From Paraspadella gotoi (taxonomy: Eukaryota; Animalia; Chaetognatha), in assembly GCA_051294375.1 (NCBI GenBank), contig JBJCIZ010000538.1, forward strand, positions 1-10,339: a stretch of DNA of 10,339 bases, read 5' to 3'. Below are positions 1 through 6,899 of the stretch, one piece after another. Each line of letters begins with the position of its first letter. Within the stretch, counting starts at the first letter, position 1. The notes under the pieces were generated by a model, which was not told where the DNA came from, searched no databases, and worked only from the letters and a program-made list of their open reading frames with translations. Position numbers and translations under genes: made by a program.

Positions 1-375
1 ACGAGGATAAAGTTTCTTCACGGTTGGGCTCAATATCGTCGTTTTGCTGGAGGATGATGTGACGTAAGACCGCGCCATAATCTGGGCGTGTCGCGGCGTT
101 GGCGCCCGGGCGACAGCAGGCATCCAACGGCTTTGACCTCGGGAATGGGCGAAGGCCGGAACGACGACGTTGTCGTAGAGTTGGAGTCTCGCAACGGGGT
201 GTCGGCTGACGAAGGGACTGGGAGACGGGAGACGTTGGCGTCGGAGTGGGTGCGGCCGGAAATGGCTCGTTCGGTTCGTTGTCGTTATTTTGTGAGTTTG
301 TTTCGACGCGTCCTTTGAAATTGGCAGAGGTTGGCGACGGACATCGGCGGTTTCTTGGCTCGACGCGACGAGCCG

Positions 376-3300
376 TCAGCGCGCGGCGGCGGCGGGCGGC
401 GGCGGTGCTTGTCGTCTGCAGGCGGCCTCTTCATCCGCCAAATCGTCGCCGACGTTGGCCGGTTTCACTCGAGATATAGCGACGGTCTCGATGCCTCTGC
501 CGGGGATGTCGACTTTGAAGTTTAAATTGTCTCGCGATGTGACCCGGAAGGGGCCTTCATAGGGGGCGGTGAGTGACGGGTTAATGCCGCCGCGCCGGAT
601 GAAGACGTGGGTGGATGTTGCGAGGTTGTCCGGGAGATGTACTCGAGGCACTCGATGGCTGCTGGTCGGTGCTGGTTGAAGCCGTTCAACTTCGAGTCGG
701 AGCTCATCTCTGAGGCGTTGACGAGCCTCTCGTTCTTCCTCCTCGGATTGACTTGGGCCGAGAATGTCGCCGGGAACTGCGAGGCCATCTCCGTAGACTA
801 ATTGAGCTGGAGAGGCGTCAACGTCCGGCTTGATGGTGGTGCGAATAGCTAGAAGCGCCGAGGGGAGCCGCCAATACCAGCCATTTGGATTGTCTGTGGC
901 GATCGCGATGAGCGACTCCTTCAGGCGGCGGTGGAAACGCTCAACCAGTCCGTTTGCCTCTGGATGATAAGCAGCTGTCAAACGAAGTTGACAGCTCCAC
1001 GTTTGGGCAAGCTGTCTCCAGATTGTTGACGAGAATTGGGAACCACGATCCGTCGTGATTTCCGCGGGGATGCCGAATGAAGCAACCCAGTGATGTGCGA
1101 AACTGTCCGCGACGGTGGTTGCTGTGATGTCCTTTATCGGCACTGCTATTGGCCATCTTGTGAACCTGTCGACAGCGGTGAGCAGGTAGGAAAAACCATT
1201 TGACGAAGGCATTTTGACAAGGTCCACGTGGACATGCTGGAAGCGACGTGGAGGGACGACGAACTCGCCGATTTCTGGAATGACGTGGCGCGTCACCTTG
1301 GCGCGTTGGCAGGCGACGCATTCACGCGCCCAGCGCGTCACGTCCGCGCGCATCGATGGCCAAACAAATTTCTCAGCTACGGCGTCTCGAGTTCGCGCGA
1401 TGCCCGGGTGGCCGAGTTCGTGGATAGTCTCGAAGACTTTTCGACGCCATGCTTCTGGAACAAAGGGTCTCGGCGGACCATTTGAGAGATCAACTACGAT
1501 GGTTTCGTCGCCGAGTTTGATTCGACGAAAATGCAGGCCAGTGGCTGGGTCTTGGAGAAGTCGACGAAAATCACGATCTAGAGGTTGTTGTCGTGCTAAT
1601 TCGCGAAGGTCGATGCCTTGATGTTGAACAGCAGCTACGACGAGAGCAAAATCCTCTGACTTCTCGGCGCTAAGGGGCTTACTGGAGATTTCAGAACCTT
1701 GGTTTGGGCGTGAGAGGGCATCGGCCACGACGTTGGCCTTCCCTTCAACGTGGCGAATGTCTGTCGTATATTCAGCAATGGCTGATAGCTGAAACGTGTG
1801 ACGAGCTGTTTGGGGTTCTGTCTTTTTGTGGAGCGCGTGAATTAGACTCATGTGGTCTGTATAAAGGACGAAAACGCGGCCCTCAAGCCAAGGACGAAAG
1901 TGTCTGACGGCCCTGAAGGCGCCGTATAACTCCCTGTCGAAGGGAGGCCACTTCCGTTGGGCGTCGCTCAACTTGGCAGAAAAGAAAGCTAGAGGTTCCC
2001 AGCCCTGCGAGCCTCGTTGCTCCAGGACCGCTCCTATAGCATGGTCGGACGCGTCGGTTGTCAATGAGAGAGCGGCGCCAGTTTTTGGATGTCGCAGGAG
2101 GACCGCATTTGCCAAGGCTTCCTTAACGGCGTCGAAACCTTGTTGACATGCTGGTGACCAATCTAGGCGGCGCGGTTTGCCTTTGAGGGCGTCGTACAGT
2201 GGCGTCGCGTGATGAGCCACTCTTGGAATGAATCTCCTGTAGTAGTTTACCATTCCAAGGAAACGTTGCAGCTCCTTGACGGTCGCTGGTGCTGTAGTTT
2301 GGCGAAGGGCGTCGACTCGCTGGGGGAGTGGCTTCACTCCGCTCGCGTCAACGTGATAGCCAAGAAATTCTAGTGATTCCTGACCGAGGATGCATTTTTT
2401 TCGGTTGATCACCAGACCGTTCTCTTGCAGAGCCTCGAAGACTTCCTCCAGATCCTTAGAGTGTTGCTCATCGTCCTCACTGGCGACAAGAATGTCGTCC
2501 AGGTAGACGTAGACACGTGGTAAGCTGCCAAGGATCTCGTCCATCAAACGCTGAAAATCTTGGCCTGCGTTTTTCAAACCAAAAGGTGTTCTTAGAAAAA
2601 CGTACAGGCCAAATGGTGTAATGACGGCCGTCTTGGGGATGTCCTCGGTTGCCACCGGGATCTGGTGGTAACCTTTGAGTAGGTCAATCTTCGAGAAAAC
2701 TTTCTTTCCCGCCAATTGGGCGTTGAAGTCCGCCAGTAGTTTCACCGGATAGCGGTCCGGAATCGTCTGAGCGTTCAATTGGCGGTAGTCGCCACAGACT
2801 CGCCACCCCCCGTCTCCTTTGGGGACGCAGTGAAGGGGCGAGGACCATGGGCTCTTGGCTCGAACCGCGACTCCAAGTTCCACCATTTTGTCCAGTTCTG
2901 CTTTCGCGACCGCTAACTTCTCTGGCGAAAGGCGACGTGCGCGTGCTTGGCACGGGCGGCCTTGCGTCGAAATATAATGGCGGATTCCGTGCTTGGGTTC
3001 TTTTATTTCGAAGGTCGGTGTGCAAAGGGTTGGGTATCGGTCTAGCAGCTTGTAAAACTGGTTATCTTGACCTACAAAATGAACATGGGAAACGGTTTGG
3101 CCGTAAGCTCGGGCGCAAGTGATCGTAGAGTAATCTTTGAGATCTAGGAGCAAACCATCTCGGTGGTTGGGGGCGAGAAAAAATTGGGCGAGAAAATCTG
3201 CGCCCAAAATGCTCTGCGTCACATCTGCTATCAGGACCTCAAATGGAAACCTTCTGGGACCGAGAGTAATGTTCTTTGTGACGGTGCCGAAGCAAGAGAT

Positions 3301-3516
3301 TGGCGTCCCATTGGCGGCTTGTAGTTGTGGACCGGAAGTGCCCGCGGCGCGTTGTTCGGGCGTGGGCGGGATCAATGAAAGCATCGCGCCTCCATCTATC
3401 AGCCACGCCCGTCCATCACTGGCATCGACAACGTGGAGGAGATACGAATCTTGTGGTGAATGGTTATTTTGGCGGGGGATGGCGTTCACCTGCGCCCTCC
3501 CGCCTGGCCGTTTCCC
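376..3516 (-). CDS. pol: Pol polyprotein (aspartic protease, reverse transcriptase, RNase H, integrase), probably entered from gag by a -1 frameshift
   Basis: ORF 376..3552 is 1058 aa; its nominal start is a TTG and the frame opens after a stop at 3559-3561. PR: WLIDGGA..ILGADFL. RT: SPWSSPLHCVPK, WRVCGDYRQLN, FSKIDL, PFGLKNAG, YLDD at 2494-2505, FLGY. RH: TTDAS, DRELYG, YTDH, NVVADALSR. IN: HELGH..CVAC, HVDLV, TTDRGSQF, NGLVERFH, PYEGPF. No chromodomain is seen. Confidence 0.96.
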   Translation of the reverse strand, partial: GKRPGGRAQVNAIPRQNNHSPQDSYLLHVVDASDGRAWLIDGGAMLSLIPPTPEQRAAGTSGPQLQAANGTPISCFGTVTKNITLGPRRFPFEVLIADVTQSILGADFLAQFFLAPNHRDGLLLDLKDYSTITCARAYGQTVSHVHFVGQDNQFYKLLDRYPTLCTPTFEIKEPKHGIRHYISTQGRPCQARARRLSPEKLAVAKAELDKMVELGVAVRAKSPWSSPLHCVPKGDGGWRVCGDYRQLNAQTIPDRYPVKLLADFNAQLAGKKVFSKIDLLKGYHQIPVATEDIPKTAVITPFGLYVFLRTPFGLKNAGQDFQRLMDEILGSLPRVYVYLDDILVASEDDEQHSKDLEEVFEALQENGLVINRKKCILGQESLEFLGYHVDASGVKPLPQRVDALRQTTAPATVKELQRFLGMVNYYRRFIPRVAHHATPLYDALKGKPRRLDWSPACQQGFDAVKEALANAVLLRHPKTGAALSLTTDASDHAIGAVLEQRGSQGWEPLAFFSAKLSDAQRKWPPFDRELYGAFRAVRHFRPWLEGRVFVLYTDHMSLIHALHKKTEPQTARHTFQLSAIAEYTTDIRHVEGKANVVADALSRPNQGSEISSKPLSAEKSEDFALVVAAVQHQGIDLRELARQQPLDRDFRRLLQDPATGLHFRRIKLGDETIVVDLSNGPPRPFVPEAWRRKVFETIHELGHPGIARTRDAVAEKFVWPSMRADVTRWARECVACQRAKVTRHVIPEIGEFVVPPRRFQHVHVDLVKMPSSNGFSYLLTAVDRFTRWPIAVPIKDITATTVADSFAHHWVASFGIPAEITTDRGSQFSSTIWRQLAQTWSCQLRLTAAYHPEANGLVERFHRRLKESLIAIATDNPNGWYWRLPSALLAIRTTIKPDVDASPAQLVYGDGLAVPGDILGPSQSEEEEREARQRLRDELRLEVERLQPAPTSSHRVPRVHLPDNLATSTHVFIRRGGINPSLTAPYEGPFRVTSRDNLNFKVDIPGRGIETVAISRVKPANVGDDLADEEAACRRQAPPPPAAAAR
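3455..3516 (-). promoter_or_regulatory. -1 programmed ribosomal frameshift signal: slippery heptamer G_GGA_AAC plus downstream stimulatory RNA structure
   Basis: GGGAAAC at 3516-3510 is in correct X_XXY_YYZ phase in gag (CAG GGA AAC). Pol is in the -1 frame relative to gag. A 5-nt spacer precedes a GC-rich stem at 3504-3471, whose loop is complementary to 3460-3455. Confidence 0.85.
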
Positions 3517-4613
3517 TGTTTGGCAGCGCGTTTTTCGCCAAAGCGAGCGCAACCTTTTTCACAGCGGAAGGCTGCATCTCCAAACTTCAAGTGAAAATGG
3601 CAAACTTGTTTAAGTCGCGAAGCGGCGACGCCTTCCGGTTTTCCGGGAGGCGCGCGAGAGGCGCCGGCGGCGTGATTTGGCCGAGTGGAAAAGGTGGGGC
3701 GTTCGCGGCGTCGATTTACCGCGTTGACCTCCGGGGGCTGCTCCTCGTCACTGGAGAAAGAAAGTTCTTCATCGTGTGTGACGAGGTTGATTGGTGGGGC
3801 AGCGCTCTTGTAGAGTGGCTTCCCGGTTGCATCGAAATGTTTGTCAGCAATGGCGGCCAGTTCCGCTGCTGTCGAGGATTCTGCACGGTCCATGACGTTT
3901 GCCTTGATTGATGAGGGAAGGCCTCTTATTACCAGCTCTTTTCTAATATCGTCGAGCGTGACCGTTGACGATTTTTCAACCAGGCGGGCAAGATGCTGCG
4001 ACGGGCGCATGTCATCGCGAGCGATTTGGGCGTCGAGAAGAATCTCGGCCTGTCGACGCTTGGTAAGGCCGTATTCGTTACGTAAATACTCAATAAAAGC
4101 TGTCCATCTTAGCTCCGATGGATCTCCGTAAAGGAAGGCATTTATTCGCGGGTCGATGTCGACGGAGATTTTCGCCTCCAGGAAAGCAAACTTGTCTTTC
4201 GCCGTGACAACTCTCGCCCGCGTATAGGCAGCTTCTACTCTCCTAATCCAAATCTCGATATTGTTGCGATCGAAAGTTGGTAGATCCGGCTTCTTGGGTT
4301 TCTCCGATCGGGCGAGTGCCTCCTGTGCGGCTCGCGTAGCGGCCATGGCGGCGTCGAGTGCCGCGCGGAGTGATTCGACTTCCGTCTGAGTTGGTGGGGC
4401 CTCTGCCATCGTCGTAGTGGCTCGTGATTCGACCGGAGGGAAAACGAAAACCTTCGGAGACCTTGAGGCTGCGTGACCAACCGCTGGAGGGGCTAGGACC
4501 TCTTCGTCGGCACAGCCAGGCGAGGGTGAGAGTCGGCCGCGGCCGAGTGAGAGCGGAGCGCGGAGAGCGGCTGCTTGGGACCTCGTGGTGACGCTCGGGA
4601 TTGGGAGCGGCAT
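3486..4613 (-). CDS. gag: Gag protein with C-terminal CHCC zinc-binding motif; likely functional start at the second ATG (4409)
   Basis: 375-aa ORF between the PBS and pol. It has an N-terminal LPTF..W..VEAAY motif typical of Gypsy Gag and CHFHLKFGDAAFRCEKGC (C-x2-H-x9-C-x3-C) at 3549-3602. ATG 4409 has a strong context (ACG ATG G), whereas ATG 4613 has a weak one (TAG ATG C). Confidence 0.9.
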   Translation of the reverse strand: MPLPIPSVTTRSQAAALRAPLSLGRGRLSPSPGCADEEVLAPPAVGHAASRSPKVFVFPPVESRATTTMAEAPPTQTEVESLRAALDAAMAATRAAQEALARSEKPKKPDLPTFDRNNIEIWIRRVEAAYTRARVVTAKDKFAFLEAKISVDIDPRINAFLYGDPSELRWTAFIEYLRNEYGLTKRRQAEILLDAQIARDDMRPSQHLARLVEKSSTVTLDDIRKELVIRGLPSSIKANVMDRAESSTAAELAAIADKHFDATGKPLYKSAAPPINLVTHDEELSFSSDEEQPPEVNAVNRRRERPTFSTRPNHAAGASRAPPGKPEGVAASRLKQVCHFHLKFGDAAFRCEKGCARFGEKRAAKQGNGQAGGRR

Positions 4614-4707
4614 CTATTGGGCTGCAGGGCGTCTTGACGTTCAATCTGACTCGTGGGAAGGTTGGTGGGCGTCTCGGGTGATGTTCGAGAAGCTTCAATA
4701 GTCCGTA

Positions 4708-4720
4708 GTCGGGGTCACCA
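4708..4720 (-). promoter_or_regulatory. Primer-binding site complementary to the 3' end of tRNA-Trp
   Basis: The minus strand reads TGGTGACCCCGAC, 13 nt matching the known tRNA-Trp PBS (TGGTGACCCCGACGTG.., as in avian leukosis/sarcoma viruses). It sits 1 nt after an LTR-type ..CACA end. Confidence 0.92.
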
Positions 4721-4721
4721 A

Positions 4722-4790
4722 TGTGGCGATCGTTTGTGAATCGCCACGCGCGTCTGCGCCTCACTAATTGGTTCCAAGAAACCTCCAACA
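4722..4790 (-). repeat. 5' LTR remnant or very short LTR (U5 end) of the Gypsy element
   Basis: Ends in ..GCCACA immediately before the PBS, so this end is well supported. A candidate start TGTTGG at 4790 gives TGT..ACA termini, but DIRS-like coding sequence may extend to ~4779. The second LTR is not in the window for confirmation. Confidence 0.5.
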
Positions 4791-5075
4791 CCCGAAAGAT
4801 CAACAACAACGCGGTGAAAAAACCACTTCTGGGCGGGCTGGCCAAAAGGGGACGTCACCCAGAAGAAAACTCCCCCTGGCGCCTCCCTCAACTTGAGGCA
4901 TCACCTTCGCGCATCAAAAGGGGAGAGGGGGAAACACGGTAAGCCTGTCGAAAAAATCCAAACTTGACTGAGGGTCATCCTCAGTCCAGAAGTCCTCCTC
5001 CATCTTCCAGGAGAAGCTAGCGAGGGAACCTTGAGCGGCCGAGAGCGCCCGGGTCCCAAACAGATCTATCTGGTG
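4791..5075 (-). pseudogene. DIRS DNA N6-adenine methyltransferase-like (MT) domain, frameshifted
   Basis: QIDLFGTR (~5072-5049), then SQVW..RQAY/VFPPLP (~4972-4922), AKVM, LxVTPFWP/AQKWF/TALL (~4865-4805). This matches the DLFA..W..Y.FPP..K..P.WP.Q.WF pattern that follows RNase H in DIRS elements. Confidence 0.72.
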
Positions 5076-5129
5076 CAAACCCGAGACGCCCGTCGAAAAT
5101 CCGTCGCAAAACTAGGTGGGCGAGAGAGA

Positions 5130-6740
5130 TGGCCAATCCTGAACTGCTGTCTTCCGCGTGATGCTGCATCCTCTATCAAATTCTCCTCCGCATGAAAGTG
5201 TGCCGTCCCCCACAATTGATCTCAGAGCGACTGAGCAGACAGGAGAGAATCGCCTTGACAACTCGGTTGAAGATCCTGTGCACGGCTGCAGGAGCGGCGG
5301 AGAACAAACCAAGGAGACACTAAAGCTGTGCGCGTCTTCCACAAAAGATTGCAGGCCCTGGATCTGCTGAGCCGAAGGAACGGCAGGCAACTTGACAGGA
5401 CCATGAACTCCTTCACAGTCTATATGGAGGATGGGTCATCCAACAGCTTCCCAAAATCCCCCGAGCTGAAAGAGCCCCGACGAACAAGGAAAGCCCAACC
5501 CTCCTAGGGAGGCATCGTCCGTCACTTCGCCGTGCAAGAATCCGCGGAGAAATCGGCGATCGGGTAAGCAACAGCAATCCTGAGATCTCCGAGCTTACGA
5601 CATCCAACGTAAAGCCCACTACTCGCTGCCTTCCGACAAGAAGGATGTCTTCCCCAGACTCCTTCTCCGTGGAGTAGACACGATTGACGTCACCGTTGCA
5701 ATCCTTGCCGCTCTGCAACGAATGAGCGGGATGGCCCAAAGAGGCGCCGGGTCGAAGACCCAGCAGGCGAAGAACCTGAAGGGACTCGATGGCAGTGGGC
5801 GTCTAGCAGGAGAGAGTCGGCCATCTCGCGAAGTTGACAATAATCTTTCGTTCCAAAGGGAAGCCCCGACAAACTCGATGAAGCCGCCCGTTCCCAATTG
5901 GAGACCCAAGAGACTGAAAGACTTGCGTCGGCAGACTAGACGTTGACTTCTTGCGGGATGATGATGAAAACCCGCAGTACTTCAAGAGGATCGAAGAGCT
6001 GGTTGAGATGTGTTCGCCTCAGACACTCCTCTTGCCGAGGGCGTCCCCGAGTCTATCAGAATATCCGTCTATGAGAAAAAGGCAGCCTGTGATTTGCCCC
6101 TCTTGCGCGAGCCAGGCGACTATGACGTCGCGTGGTCGTTTTGCGTTAACAGCCAGGACCGGTTAGCCAAAACCGAAAGGAAGGCAGCTTTTGTAGCTGG
6201 GATAAACGCGAGTCCTCTCAAATATGAACCGGACCCCAAAACGTTGCGATGATCCACATGATAGAGCAAGGAGATAGCGCCGTCGACGAAGATCGATAGA
6301 CGACGCCCAGTCCCCCGAAGAAACCAAATCTCCGGAACATCTTGACAACACATTCCATCCGGAAGTAAGGAGGCACACATGAAGAGACTGACTTGAGCAT
6401 TCTTCAAAGTTAGAATCGGCCTCCAATCCCCCATCTTTTTTGGGAACCAAAAAAATCTTGCCAATAATTAACCCGGAGAAGTCCTACCTCCTACCACGGC
6501 ACCCTTTTTCTAAAAGCTGGCCGCTATCTCGTGCCGGTGATGAGGACATCCCTGTCCCCGCAAGAAAGAAGGGGTCTCTGTCCGAAAGGAGAGGCAATCC
6601 CAGGTAGGGATCCTGTTGCTCCTGCGTACATGAGGAAACCTTCTTCACGTTAAGAATAGGAAATCCTGTCCTACCAACAACCGCCCCCAAAAAACGGGAC
6701 GAAGTGTTGCAAGCGTCTCCCACCCGGGAAGTGTCGGGTC
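5130..6740 (-). pseudogene. DIRS reverse transcriptase + RNase H, disrupted by many indels
   Basis: Stitched from alternating frames: FP(V)GGRLQHFVPF (~6730-6695), QLLEKG (~6510), SPG..F/LVPKKDG/WRPIL (~6480-6410), PYFRME (~6365), GDWASSIDL (~6315-6289), CLPFG (~6185-6172). The catalytic xIDDILI at ~6075-6054 is readable after removing one G. Further RT motifs are LLKYCGF..RKKS..PTQVFQ.LG (~5990-5905). RNase H: EVTDDASLGGLG (~5528-5493), LHID/VKEFMVL (~5430-5395), SRKTAVQDW (~5160-5130). Confidence 0.82.
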
Positions 6741-6899
6741 AGACAGCGCGGAAGCGAAGACCAAATCGACATCCGGGACAGATCCTTAATTGGTCTTGAT
6801 GTCCCCAAAGTCCCCGGACGACGGCGATCGGCCGGAGGGGCCGTCAAAAGGAAGCATTTGGAGTCCTTCGACCGGCCGCCTCCATCCCCCTTTCCCGAC

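Larger units (their letters stand above)
1..4790 (-). mobile_element. Ty3/Gypsy LTR retrotransposon, CsRn1-like lineage; 3' end (PPT, 3' LTR) runs off the window start
   Basis: Minus-strand order is LTR end (..CCACA), PBS(tRNA-Trp), gag, pol with PR-RT-RH-IN, which is the Gypsy domain order. A tRNA-Trp PBS, a CHCC Gag motif and a GPY/F integrase motif together are established CsRn1-lineage characters. The 4790 boundary is tentative. Confidence 0.93.

Noticed and set aside
3530-3536. GAAAAAC (minus strand) as an alternative slippery site in the gag/pol overlap
   Set aside because: Not in X_XXY_YYZ phase with the gag frame (GGC GAA AAA CGC) and too far from the stem.
88-4131. Plus-strand ORFs antisense to gag/pol (e.g. 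3300..3911, 3137..3613, 1214..1621)
   Set aside because: Shadow ORFs expected opposite GC-rich coding sequence, with no recognisable motifs.
4243-4845. 200-aa minus-strand ORF crossing the DIRS/LTR/PBS/gag junction as a possible chimeric protein
   Set aside because: Non-ATG start. Only the first ~20 codons resemble the DIRS MT tail, and the rest is an alternate-frame read of GC-rich leader and gag.
4966-4986. 8-bp hairpin GACTGAGG/CCTCAGTC
   Set aside because: Lies inside MT coding sequence, has no U-tract or other context, and is plausible by chance.
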